A DNA stretch of 32,000 nucleotides, from positions 180,001 to 212,000 of the forward strand of contig ACYB01000046.1 in the NCBI GenBank assembly GCA_000175855.1. Reading direction: 5' to 3'. Positions within the stretch are counted from its first letter, which is position 1, and each line of letters begins with the position of its first letter. The notes under the pieces were generated by a model. It was not told the DNA's origin. It did no database searches and was given only the letters and a program-made list of their open reading frames with translations. Below are positions 1 through 10,233 of this stretch, piece by piece. Source of the DNA: Raphidiopsis brookii D9 (GTDB lineage Bacteria > Cyanobacteriota > Cyanobacteriia > Cyanobacteriales > Nostocaceae). The position numbers and the translations under genes were made by a program.

Positions 1-1
1 T

Positions 2-502
2 AATGGTAATCTGCTGATGGCTTATGTCCATGTGGGTCACAATTGCATAATTGAAGACTCAGTTATTATTGCTAACTCGGTAGCTTTGGCTGGTCATGTA
101 CATATTGAGTCCCGAGCTAGACTCAGTGGGGTTTTGGGTGTTCACCAATTTGTCCACATTGGTGGTATGTCCATGATTGGGGGGATGACACGTATTGATC
201 GGGATGTTCCTCCCTATATGTTAGTTGAAGGAAATCCATCCCGCATCCGATCACTCAATTTGGTAGGACTAAAGCGCTCAGGAATGCCGATAAATGAGTT
301 TCAACTACTGAAAAAGGCTTTTCGTATTCTCTATTGCTCTAATGTGTTGTTTAAGGATGCTTTATCTGAGTTGGAACTATTAGGGGATACATCACAGCTA
401 AAACATTTACGTCGGTTCTTGCTACTTTCACAAATGCCAGGAAGAAGGGGGTTGATTCCGGGGAAAAGTCCCACCAAAGGTAGTGACAATAATGAGTTGT
501 GA
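2..502 (+). CDS. lpxA: acyl-ACP--UDP-N-acetylglucosamine O-acyltransferase, C-terminal part (5' end lies off the window)
   Basis: Frame 2 is open from the window edge (NGNLLMAYVHVGHNCIIEDSVIIANSVALAGHVHIE...). The translation shows hexapeptide-repeat beta-helix turns followed by the helical C-terminal domain typical of LpxA. lpxB lies directly downstream. Confidence 0.85.
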   Translation, partial: NGNLLMAYVHVGHNCIIEDSVIIANSVALAGHVHIESRARLSGVLGVHQFVHIGGMSMIGGMTRIDRDVPPYMLVEGNPSRIRSLNLVGLKRSGMPINEFQLLKKAFRILYCSNVLFKDALSELELLGDTSQLKHLRRFLLLSQMPGRRGLIPGKSPTKGSDNNEL

Positions 503-533
503 TTGGCTAGTTAGCTAGTCTTGACAAATTATG

Positions 534-606
534 AATGATGAGTTTACTTATATTTATAAACTAGTACATTAAGTATACTAAACTAATATAATAAGTACTC
601 ATCATT
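534..606. repeat. imperfect long-range inverted repeat / hairpin in the lpxA-lpxB spacer
   Basis: AATGATGAGT-tt-ACTTA (534-550) is the reverse complement of TAAGT-ACTCATCATT (592-606). That gives 15 paired bases with a 2-nt bulge and an AT-rich loop of about 41 nt. Confidence 0.5.
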
Positions 607-633
607 TGGCTGAAATGCTAGAGCGCCTATAAT
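606..633 (+). promoter_or_regulatory. candidate sigma70-type promoter for lpxB
   Basis: A perfect -10 TATAAT lies at 628-633. A weak -35 TTGGCT lies at 606-611, with a 16-nt spacer. The site is about 28 nt upstream of the lpxB ATG at 661. Confidence 0.25.
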
Positions 634-660
634 GTCTAACTCATTTAAAATCTAAAGTTC

Positions 661-1816
661 ATGCGAGTATTTATCAGTACTGGGGAAGTTTCGGGAGATT
701 TACAGGGTGCGATGTTAATCACAGCACTGAAAAATCAAGCTGCTACTTTGGGCTTGCCATTAGAGATAGTAGCACTAGGTGGATCCCAAATGGCTAAAGC
801 TGGAGCAAGAGTTTTGGGGGATACTAGTGGTATTGGTTCCATGGGAATTGTGGAAGCATTGCCATATATCATACCAACTATTATGATGCAAAGACAGGCG
901 ATCGCCTATTTAAAAAAAAATCCCCCGGATATCATAGTGTTAATTGACTACATGACCCCTAATATGGGGATTGGTAGTTATATGCAGCAGCATTTTCCCC
1001 AGGTTCCTGTAGTATATTACATTGCTCCTCAAGAATGGGTATGGTCAATGAGTTTAGACAGAACTAGGAAAATAGTCAATTTTACTGATAAGTTATTAGC
1101 AATTTTTCCGGAAGAAGCCCGTTATTATCAAGCGAAGGGAGCTAATGTTAATTGGGTGGGTCATCCTTTAGTGGATAAAATGGTCAACACACCTAGTCGT
1201 GAAAGTGCCAGAAAGATATTAGGCATTCAGGAGCAAGAATTGGCGATCGCCCTTTTACCCGCTTCCCGTCATCAAGAGTTGAAATATTTACTACCTGGGA
1301 TTTTCCAAGCGGCAAAAAATATACAATCACAGTTACCAAAAGCAAATTTTCTGATTCCCTTATCTTTAGAAAGATTTCGGGGAAAAGTTACCAGAGCGAT
1401 TAAGGATTATGGATTAAAAGCCAGAATATTTTCTGTAAACCAGCAGGAAATTTTTGCTGCTGCTGATCTGGCAATTACAAAATCTGGCACAGCCAATTTA
1501 GAGTTAGCTCTAGCGAATGTTCCTCAAGTAGTTGTTTATAGTCTGAGTCCCTTTACTGCTTGGGTTGGTAGAAAGATTCTGAAAGGATCAATTCCTTTTG
1601 CTTCCCCCGTAAATTTAGTTCTCATGCGAGAAATTGTGCCAGAGCTATTACAGGAAAAAGCAACAGCAGATAATATTACTAAAGCAGCAATGGAATTATT
1701 ATTAAACAGGGAAAAAAGAACAAAAAACTCTATTGGATTATCAAGAGATGCGTCAGTGTTTGGGAGAAGTAGGAGTTTGCGATCGCGCAGCTAAAGAGAT
1801 TTTAGCGATGATATAA
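661..1816 (+). pseudogene. lpxB: lipid-A-disaccharide synthase with the reading frame shifted near the 3' end (frameshift or homopolymer sequencing error)
   Basis: As-read ORF 661..1794 begins MRVFISTGEVSGDLQGAML..., a GT19 LpxB-type N-terminus. Its last ~28 aa (TKNSIGLSRDASVFGRSRSLRSRS) look out of frame. From ~1706 the +1 frame reads ...KTLLDYQEMRQCLGEVGVCDRAAKEILAMI and stops at 1814-1816. Confidence 0.85.
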
Positions 1817-1878
1817 ATTGATTGGCTTGTGACCTATAAATAATAATCATTGACAACAGAAGTTGCCAGAATTTACAC

Positions 1879-2436
1879 TTAATCATTGCTAATAATTACT
1901 GAGTTTTCCCCATCGTTCCTACTACTCTTACCGAGAAGTATTTTAAATAGTTGACTAATATGTTTGACACCGCTGAGAATAACTAAAGTTAATACTCCAC
2001 CAATTAATCCCATTTGCCACAAACCACAACCAACAGCTGCTCCTAATCCTGCTGCTGTCCAGACACAAGCTGCTGTGGTTAGTCCTCTAACTTTTGGCTG
2101 CACAGACTTTCTCGGAGATTCTTGCAAAATTAATCCCGCCCCCAAAAACCCAACACCAGTGGCCACACCCTGAACTGTACGACTTAGCGCATTAGCAGTT
2201 GCATAGGGACTGTCACCCTCAGCTTGCAAAGGAATCATTACAAATAATGCTGCCCCCATACTTACCAACATAAATGTTCTCATTCCTGCTGGTCTCCCTC
2301 CCTGCTGACGATTAAACCCTATCATACAACCAATAATCAGAGCTAAAATGAGTCTGAACGCTATGTGCACCCAATCGCTTGTAGTTAGTACCATATTTAC
2401 CATTACTGGATTCCTCAATTTTGAAATCTGGAACAT
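1879..2436 (-). CDS. MgtC/SapB family membrane protein
   Basis: The 185-aa ORF has several TM helices and the MgtC-type N-terminal region (LALIIGCMIGFNRQQGGRPAGMRTFMLVSMGAALF). An alternative start is Met12 at 2403. Confidence 0.75.
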   Translation of the reverse strand: MFQISKLRNPVMVNMVLTTSDWVHIAFRLILALIIGCMIGFNRQQGGRPAGMRTFMLVSMGAALFVMIPLQAEGDSPYATANALSRTVQGVATGVGFLGAGLILQESPRKSVQPKVRGLTTAACVWTAAGLGAAVGCGLWQMGLIGGVLTLVILSGVKHISQLFKILLGKSSRNDGENSVIISND

Positions 2437-2705
2437 GGTGTTTTATCGATCTGCCTACATACTTGTATAAACAAGCACTATACCGTAATTGTCGTAACTA
2501 CGGTAAATCGGTAGATTTGCTAAACATTAAGGTTAGTTTAACAAACGATTAAAAATAAGTAAAGTTAATTTATCTAAAAAATGTCGGGATGAAACCTAGA
2601 CCAAGATCAAACACTTCACAATCTAGACTTTGTAGGTTAAGTAGTCAAACCGCAGATTTTTAGTATAGAAAAATATTCCAATTACCAAAAATCTACGTAT
2701 TTTTA

Positions 2706-3939
2706 TCATTCAGCTGCAACTCTTACAGCTGGATAGGGAAAGAAATTCTTAAATCCTTGTATGCGTTGTTCCAAAGTTTCAGGAGAGCGGTTCCACATAG
2801 TTTCATAATAAAAGAAAACTATACCTAACTCTTCTCTTTGCACAGTTCGAACCTGTTTAGTAATTTGTTGCATAGGAACAGGACTAGTTCTCAAACCGGC
2901 CATAATGCCAATTCCGGTAGGAATAATTTGGCGCACTTCTTGTATTTCATTCCGGGCAATTTTAGAAGTAAAACTTTCCAAATCATCCCGATAAACTTGC
3001 ATAACCAACTCATCTACAATATTGAGCCTCACCCAATTTAACCAGTCTTGTAACTGAAATTTATAGGCATGGTCGTAGTAATTTGGCGAAACAGAAAAGA
3101 TGACTTTTGGTTTTAATTTGCTTGACAGTATGGTTCAACCGCACCATGAATTCCGTGATTTTATTGGCCCGCCATGCTACCCATTCTGAATCTTGAGAAT
3201 TGGCTGGGGGATTTTTACCCGTTTCTTGCTTATACAAGTTTACGGTATAATCATCATAGCCAAATTGATGGGGTAAACTGGTGTGGTCATCAAACTGAAT
3301 ACCATCAATATCATAATTGTTAGTCAGCTCCACCAGCAGATCAATAATAAATTTTTGCACCTGGGGATGAAAGGGATTTAACCAAGATACTTCACCAGCA
3401 GCACTCATAGACACTGTAGAACCATCTCGCATTTTAGTGAGCCACTCTGGCTTATTTAAGGCCAGCTCTCCAGTATTGGGGGTCATAAATCCAAATTCAA
3501 ACCAGGGGATTGCCAGCAGATTTTGACTATGGGCCTGATTAATAATATCTGCTAAAATATCATGACCATCGGATCCGCGAAATACAAAAGGTTGAATATC
3601 CAAGCTCTTAGCCACATTGCTGGGATACATAACATAACCTGAATTCCACACCACCGGGTAAATTGTATTAAAATTAAGCCGCCGCAATTTCGTTACAGCA
3701 TCTTTAACTTGGTCACGATCTTTGAAAACATTTAAATCGTTACTTGTTACCCAAACACCTCGAATTTCTTCGCGAGACATTTGAGCAGTTACACTTGGTA
3801 CTGAGTGTATGAGTACTACTGTCAGTAGGGAAATTAAGCATAGCCAAGGGGAAAATTGCTTCCAGATTTTTCCTGGCCAGTTGGTTCTGTCCTTTGGATG
3901 ATAATTGAACGAAAAAAGATGGAGTTTCATGTTTCTCAA
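2706..3939 (-). pseudogene. glycoside hydrolase-like family 10 (GHL10/DUF187) secreted protein, split by a frameshift
   Basis: ORF 3061..3939 carries a signal peptide followed by RGVWVTS...NFNTIYPVVWNSGY...WFEFGF...DGIQFDDH. ORF 2706..3032 (RLNIVDELVMQVYRDD...) is the C-terminal half of one protein. The +1 frame across 3040-3110 reads K(P/T)KVIFSVSPNYYDHAYKFQLQDWLNWVRLNIVDE and bridges the two pieces. Confidence 0.8.
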
Positions 3940-4125
3940 TGAATTATGGTGTATTCAGTTTAAAATCAACCTAGCTACTAACATTAGTTACTACAGTCAT
4001 AGCCATCTATCCTAAGTATTATGGCTTTAGCCATAATAACTGCATTGACTCCCCCAGAAGTAACCCAGAAGCAAATTATTCCAAAAACAACCAATTTGAC
4101 CAGATTGCAGAACATCGATTCCAGG

Positions 4126-5619
4126 TCAAAAAACTGCATACTGAGTAGTGGCATTCTCTAGAATTAATTTGGAACGTTTCACCTGTTGAGGAATTGCTAC
4201 AGGATAATCACCCGTAAAACAAGCAGAACAGAACCCATTTGTATCTTCCCCAGTGGCGGCTAACATTCCTTCCCAACTCAAATAAGCGAGAGTATCCACC
4301 TCTAAATGTGCACCTATTTCACTCACTGATTTAGTTGCTGCGATGAGCTGATCCTGTGTATCCGTATCTATTCCATAGAAACAAGGGTGAGTCACCGGTG
4401 GAGAAGATATCCTCATGTGCACCTCCCTAGCACCTGCTTCCCGGAGTGCTTTTACTAGTTTGCGACTAGTAGTTCCCCTGACAATAGAATCATCAATTAT
4501 TACTACTCTTTTTCCCGATAACACATCCTTGAGGGGGTTCAACTTTACTTTTATTCCCGCCTCTCTCATACTCTGAGTAGGTTGAATAAATGTTCTACCA
4601 ACGTAACGATTTTTAATTAGTCCCTCGCCATATACTATACCTGATTTTTGGGAAAACCCTATAGCAGCAGGTATACCAGAATCGGGTACACCAAAGACTA
4701 TATCAGCATCTATGGGAGACTCCTGCGCTAAAGTTCTTCCCAGTCGCATTCTATAACTATACAACGTCTCATTGTGCATTAAACTATCTGGACGGGCAAA
4801 GTAGATCATTTCAAAGATACATAACTTGCGCTGGGGTTGGGGATTCCAAAATAAAGATGCTAAACCCGTTTCTGTAATCCAAACTAACTCTCCCGGTTCC
4901 ACATCCCTAACATATTCCGCACCAATAATATCTAAAGCACAGGTTTCTGAAGCCAAAACATACCGTATTGGCTGACTATCCAATTTACCAATCACTAGGG
5001 GACGAATGCCATGGGGATCTCTTGCTCCCATAATTCCATCCGGTGTTCCAATTACTAAACTAAATGCGCCCTGACATCGGTGGAATGCATGAGTTGCAGC
5101 TTCCAACCATCCTCCACCAGTATTTACCTCCTCAGCGATCGCATGGGCTATCATTTCTGAATCCGTACTTGTCACCAGGTGTAAGTTGGTTTTGAGCAAT
5201 TCTTCCCGTAATTGTATGGTATTCACCAAATTACCATTGTGAGCCAATGCCAGGGTTCCTAAACGAGTTTCCACCACTGCTGGTTGAGCATTCACCTTAC
5301 GACTAGAACCGGTGGTGGAGTAACGAGTATGACCAACTGCAATATTACCTGGTAACTCCTCTAAAATCGCCTCGCTAAATACCTGAGAAACCAAACCCAT
5401 ATCCTTATGTTGATGTACATAAGGTCCTTCAAATGTAGCAATACCAGCGGATTCTTGTCCTCTATGTTGCAGCGCATATAATCCAAAGTAGGTCATTTTT
5501 GCCACATCCTGTTCCGGGGCGTATATACCAAAAACACCACAGGCTTCTTCTGGTTTGTCACAGAGGTTTTTAGAACTGTTCATGGTTAGATCAAACGTGG
5601 TAGGATGCTGGGGAATCAT
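4126..5619 (-). CDS. purF: amidophosphoribosyltransferase
   Basis: The 497-aa ORF has the N-terminal nucleophile Cys context EEACGVFGIY, then YALQHRGQESAGI and a PRPP-binding loop VVIIDDSIVRGTTS. The C-terminal Cys residues are typical of Fe-S PurF. The start could instead be Met13 at 5583. Confidence 0.95.
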   Translation of the reverse strand: MIPQHPTTFDLTMNSSKNLCDKPEEACGVFGIYAPEQDVAKMTYFGLYALQHRGQESAGIATFEGPYVHQHKDMGLVSQVFSEAILEELPGNIAVGHTRYSTTGSSRKVNAQPAVVETRLGTLALAHNGNLVNTIQLREELLKTNLHLVTSTDSEMIAHAIAEEVNTGGGWLEAATHAFHRCQGAFSLVIGTPDGIMGARDPHGIRPLVIGKLDSQPIRYVLASETCALDIIGAEYVRDVEPGELVWITETGLASLFWNPQPQRKLCIFEMIYFARPDSLMHNETLYSYRMRLGRTLAQESPIDADIVFGVPDSGIPAAIGFSQKSGIVYGEGLIKNRYVGRTFIQPTQSMREAGIKVKLNPLKDVLSGKRVVIIDDSIVRGTTSRKLVKALREAGAREVHMRISSPPVTHPCFYGIDTDTQDQLIAATKSVSEIGAHLEVDTLAYLSWEGMLAATGEDTNGFCSACFTGDYPVAIPQQVKRSKLILENATTQYAVF

Positions 5620-5821
5620 GCTGGTTTTTGCTCCTGGTGAGTCACTAAATACTAAAAAATACGGCTGGGTTAGAGAATGGTTAGGTGTCAGTAGTTATTG
5701 ATCTGGAAATAAATGTCGAACTTTTGCCATCCTTATTCTTAATTAAAACTTAACCATTCACTAACAGAGTATCGCAAATCGGTCAAGGATAAAAAGGATC
5801 AAAAAGAAATTGTTAGTTACT

Positions 5822-8164
5822 TCACTCACAAAAAGCCAGTCGCTGGGCGATCGCCTGATGATAAACATTGCCCATTTGAGGAATATCCATACGCATTACC
5901 TCATAGCCATCAAGGGTAGAAACAGTCAACCCGGAGGATAAATTGACAACCGAACCCAACTTTTGCCAATTATTACCTAGGTGTGCTTGTAAATAGGACT
6001 CCCAAACTTGTTGATAGGTTCCGGGTATGGAAACTAGGATTCGGGCACCACCTTCACCAAAAAGCACTTCATCAAAGCGACATTCTCCATTAGAAGAAAT
6101 ACCCAAATTAATGGATGCTCCTAAATTGCCACTCAAACAGCATTCTGCTAAGGCGACTACTAGACCACCTTCAGCACTATCATGGGCAGAACTAATCCAT
6201 TTGTGACTAATACCATAACGACAGACCTGTTGCACATCCCGTTCCAGGGCAAAATCAATTTTTGGCGGTTTACCAGCAACAGTATGATGAATGACTGCCA
6301 AGTATTCCGATCCACCCAACTCCAACTTCACGGAAACTGGTAAACCCAACAGATAAATTCCATCACCTACATTTTGCCAACCCTGACCACAGATTTTTTG
6401 TAAATCCTCAATCAAACCAACCATTCCCACTACCGGAGTAGGGTAAATCGCCTGGGGATTTCCCTGTGCATCAAAGGTCTCATTATACAAGGAAACATTA
6501 CCACCCGTTACAGGAGTACCCAACTCTTTACATCCCTCACTGATTCCTTTACAAGCATAAGCCAACTGCCAATAACCTATTTCCTTTTCTGGACTGCCAA
6601 AATTCAGGTTATCAGTCACTGCTAACGGTTGTGCACCCACACAACTAAGATTCCGCGCTGCTTCAGCCACTACTGCCTTAGCACCTTCATAAGGATCAAG
6701 ATACACATATCGCGAATTACAATCTACTGTAGCTGCTACTCCAGATTCCCAGGGAGTGACCGTAGATCCTGATAAGGGACGTAATCGCAGCACTGCTGCA
6801 TCCGCACCACCTGGTAACAATACAGTATTATTTTGGACTTGATGATCATATTGACGATATACCCAACTCTTAGAAGCAATAGTAGGCGTGTTGAGTAATT
6901 TCAAGAGAATATCTTGCCAACTTAAAAACTCTCCATGCACCTCAATTCCCCTGACATCGCAAGTTGGTAACTTGGCTGAAGTCCACTCCCAAGCCAGTTT
7001 TACATATTCTGGAGGTTCAGACAATAGTTTCCTTTCATACAAAGGAGTATTTTCAGCCAAAGCCTTTGCGGGAATTTCCGCTGCTACTTCCCCCTGAAAT
7101 AAAATTCTCACTACTGGCTCACTAATTACTTCCCCTGCAACTACTGCATGGAGTCCCCAACGCTGGAAAATATCAATTAACTCCTGCTCTCTTCCCTTAT
7201 GGGACACAAATAACATCCTTTCCTGAGATTCGGAAAGCAGGTACTCATAAGGTATCATTCCTAACTCTCGAGCCGGAACCTTATCTAAGTCAAACTGAAT
7301 ACCTACACCACCCTTAGCAGCCATTTCCGAAGTAGAGCAAGTAATCCCCGCAGCGCCCATATCCTGCGCAGCCACTACTGCTCCTGTCTTGAATGCTTCT
7401 AGGCATGCCTCAATTAAAGACTTTTCCAGAAATGGATCGCCCACCTGCACTGCGGGACGGTTATCCATGGACTCGTCAGTTAATTCAGCGCTGGCAAAAC
7501 TAGCACCACCCATACCATCTCTCCCAGTGGTAGAACCAACGTATAGAACCGGGTTCCCTATTCCTGCTGCCCCAGATTTAACTATGGTGGGTGTTTCCAT
7601 TAATCCCAAAGCCATAACATTAACTAGAGGATTTCCTGAATAGGCTGAATCAAAATAAACTTCACCGCCCACAGTGGGAACACCTACACAATTGCCATAA
7701 TGGGCTATACCCGACACTACACCCGTAAATAATCTTTGGGTTTTTGGATCCTCTAAACTGCCAAACCGGAGGGAATTTAATAGTCCAATGGGACGCGCCC
7801 CCATGGTAAATATATCCCTTAATATACCACCTACACCGGTAGCAGCACCTTGAAAAGGTTCCACAGCAGAGGGATGATTATGAGACTCTATCTTAAATGC
7901 TAATTGCAATCCCTGTCCTAAGTCTACCACACCAGCATTTTCACCAGGTCCCACCAGAATGCGTGGTCCGCTAGTGGGGAACTGTTTGAGCAACGGGCGG
8001 GAATTTTTATAGCAACAGTGTTCGGACCACATCACTCCAAACATTCCCAATTCAGCCTTATTGGGGTGACGACCTAGACGACGCACTATGTCAGCATATT
8101 CATCTGGTTTAATGCCTTGGGAGGCGATTTCTTGGGAAGAAAAGGGACTTTCTGCGGTACTCAT
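5822..8164 (-). CDS. purL: phosphoribosylformylglycinamidine synthase subunit PurL
   Basis: The 780-aa ORF contains ...MWSEHCSYK-like [36 protein letters not shown] and duplicated AIR-synthase-like domains. It lies upstream of purF on the same strand. Confidence 0.95.
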   Translation of the reverse strand: MSTAESPFSSQEIASQGIKPDEYADIVRRLGRHPNKAELGMFGVMWSEHCCYKNSRPLLKQFPTSGPRILVGPGENAGVVDLGQGLQLAFKIESHNHPSAVEPFQGAATGVGGILRDIFTMGARPIGLLNSLRFGSLEDPKTQRLFTGVVSGIAHYGNCVGVPTVGGEVYFDSAYSGNPLVNVMALGLMETPTIVKSGAAGIGNPVLYVGSTTGRDGMGGASFASAELTDESMDNRPAVQVGDPFLEKSLIEACLEAFKTGAVVAAQDMGAAGITCSTSEMAAKGGVGIQFDLDKVPARELGMIPYEYLLSESQERMLFVSHKGREQELIDIFQRWGLHAVVAGEVISEPVVRILFQGEVAAEIPAKALAENTPLYERKLLSEPPEYVKLAWEWTSAKLPTCDVRGIEVHGEFLSWQDILLKLLNTPTIASKSWVYRQYDHQVQNNTVLLPGGADAAVLRLRPLSGSTVTPWESGVAATVDCNSRYVYLDPYEGAKAVVAEAARNLSCVGAQPLAVTDNLNFGSPEKEIGYWQLAYACKGISEGCKELGTPVTGGNVSLYNETFDAQGNPQAIYPTPVVGMVGLIEDLQKICGQGWQNVGDGIYLLGLPVSVKLELGGSEYLAVIHHTVAGKPPKIDFALERDVQQVCRYGISHKWISSAHDSAEGGLVVALAECCLSGNLGASINLGISSNGECRFDEVLFGEGGARILVSIPGTYQQVWESYLQAHLGNNWQKLGSVVNLSSGLTVSTLDGYEVMRMDIPQMGNVYHQAIAQRLAFCE

Positions 8165-8255
8165 GTCTGTTTTACACCAAAGGTACAGATGTTTATTCTA
8201 TCGAAAAGTTGGGGTAAAACCAGTGTTTCTAGCACGGCTTTTTGAGAAAATCTGC

Positions 8256-8284
8256 TTGACATCTTGAGCAAGACAAGGTAGAAT
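8256..8284 (+). promoter_or_regulatory. near-consensus sigma70 promoter for tRNA-Ala
   Basis: TTGACA lies at 8256-8261 and TAGAAT at 8279-8284, separated by a 17-nt spacer. The predicted transcription start is only a few nt upstream of the tRNA 5' end at 8299. Confidence 0.5.
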
Positions 8285-8298
8285 CTAGAAATGGCTGA

Positions 8299-8371
8299 GG
8301 GGTTATAGCTCAATTGGTAGAGCGCTTCAATGGCATTGAAGAGGTCAGCGGTTCGATTCCGCTTAACTCCA
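8299..8371 (+). tRNA. tRNA-Ala (anticodon GGC)
   Basis: I folded a 73-nt cloverleaf by hand. The acceptor is GGGGTTA/TAACTCC with the G3:U70 Ala identity pair. The D arm is GCTC/GAGC. The anticodon stem is CTTCA/TGAAG with loop ATGGCAT, giving anticodon GGC. The T arm is AGCGG-TTCGATT-CCGCT and the discriminator is A. CCA is not encoded. Confidence 0.9.
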
Positions 8372-8457
8372 CTAATAAAGACTAATAAATTAGAGATCTC
8401 CTCACAGGTTTGTGTTTTGATAGAATTAAATAGAGTTTTGTAAAGAAAATTGACAAA

Positions 8458-9072
8458 TTGACTACTACTTTTGCTCCGCCAACCAGTTGGCATCCTCTTC
8501 AACCGATTTGGCAAGGTGAGGAAGAGGAAATTCAAGGAGGACTACCACACACCCAATTGGCTCCCCCATGGCAGTTGTTATTATTGGGTGATGGTTCTCC
8601 CACTAAACACTTACAATTACTCACCTGTGAGCCAATAGAAGTGGATGTAATTGATATGTCATTTGTGGGCATGGATTTAGATCAGGCTCCCAATTTAATT
8701 GAAACCTTACCGGGTCCAAGATTACGACGACAGGTATGGCTAAAGACATCATCCGGTCAAAGATTGGGTTATGCTACATCTTGGTGGGAGGCCAGTCATG
8801 TGGATGAATTTTTGCAAAACCGCTCTCTACCAATTTGGGCAAGTTTAGCAAGAATTCGTACAGAATTGTATAGGGACATTCGGGGAATTTATTGCGGTTA
8901 CTCGGATGCGCTACAGTTAGGTTTTGGGCAACCAGGACCTTTTTGGGGTCGCCACTACTTGTTTTGGCATCACGGAAAACCTTTAACCTTAATCTATGAG
9001 GTTTTCTCGCCCTATCTAACTAAATACTTAGGTGAAACTGTAGTATCCACCCGCACTTTTGGATTTGAGTAG
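8458..9072 (+). CDS. chorismate lyase family protein (UbiC-like, DUF98)
   Basis: The 204-aa ORF contains LLLGDGSPTKHLQLLT...RRQVWL...YATSWW...LYR motifs, as in the cyanobacterial chorismate pyruvate-lyase family. The start is a TTG at 8458, so the exact start is uncertain. Confidence 0.65.
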   Translation: MTTTFAPPTSWHPLQPIWQGEEEEIQGGLPHTQLAPPWQLLLLGDGSPTKHLQLLTCEPIEVDVIDMSFVGMDLDQAPNLIETLPGPRLRRQVWLKTSSGQRLGYATSWWEASHVDEFLQNRSLPIWASLARIRTELYRDIRGIYCGYSDALQLGFGQPGPFWGRHYLFWHHGKPLTLIYEVFSPYLTKYLGETVVSTRTFGFE

Positions 9073-9096
9073 GTTGTAGATACCGGAGAACTGTTT

Positions 9097-10141
<1,045 letters not shown>

Positions 10142-10145
10142 TTCT

Positions 10146-10167
10146 ATCAGGGGGAATCTCCCCTGAT
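10146..10167 (+). terminator. stem-loop immediately after the ccsA stop codon (possible terminator, no U-tract)
   Basis: ATCAGGGG (10146-10153) pairs with CCCCTGAT (10160-10167) around a 6-nt loop GAATCT. It starts 5 nt after the ccsA stop and has no T-run downstream. Confidence 0.35.
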
Positions 10168-10233
10168 CCCCTATGTTAGATAGAATAAGTGGGCATAACC
10201 TAAAGTTACAAAATCGCTTTTGACTAAGACGAA

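Noticed and set aside
2650-2700. AGATTTTT...AAAAATCT inverted repeat just downstream of the GHL10 stop, as a terminator
   Set aside because: The stem is almost pure A/T with a loop of about 27 nt, so it is thermodynamically marginal. Similar matches are expected by chance in AT-rich spacers.
1964-3041. Plus-strand ORFs 1964..2173 and 2838..3041
   Set aside because: They are antisense shadows of the MgtC-family and GHL10 genes respectively.
4017-4038. Perfect palindrome TATTATGGCT-tt-AGCCATAATA, 88 nt downstream of purF, as a possible terminator
   Set aside because: It is AT-rich, has an essentially 2-nt loop and has no flanking U-tract on either strand. Too weak to call a terminator; I record it only as a palindrome.
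5695-5730. 11-codon mini-ORF (MAKVRHLFPDQ*) on the minus strand between purL and purF, as a possible leader peptide
   Set aside because: The only purine-rich stretch directly abuts the ATG, so there is no usable spacing. It has no features of attenuation peptides and is very probably a chance ORF.
6888-7643. ORFs 6888..7097(+) and 7389..7643(+) inside purL
   Set aside because: They are nested antisense within a strongly recognisable purL CDS. Their low-complexity Ser/Pro/Ala-rich translations are typical of shadow ORFs.
8161-8535. 124-aa minus-strand ORF from the ORF track
   Set aside because: It runs antisense straight through the tRNA-Ala gene and its promoter. The composition is not protein-like, and the tRNA explains the conservation of this stretch.
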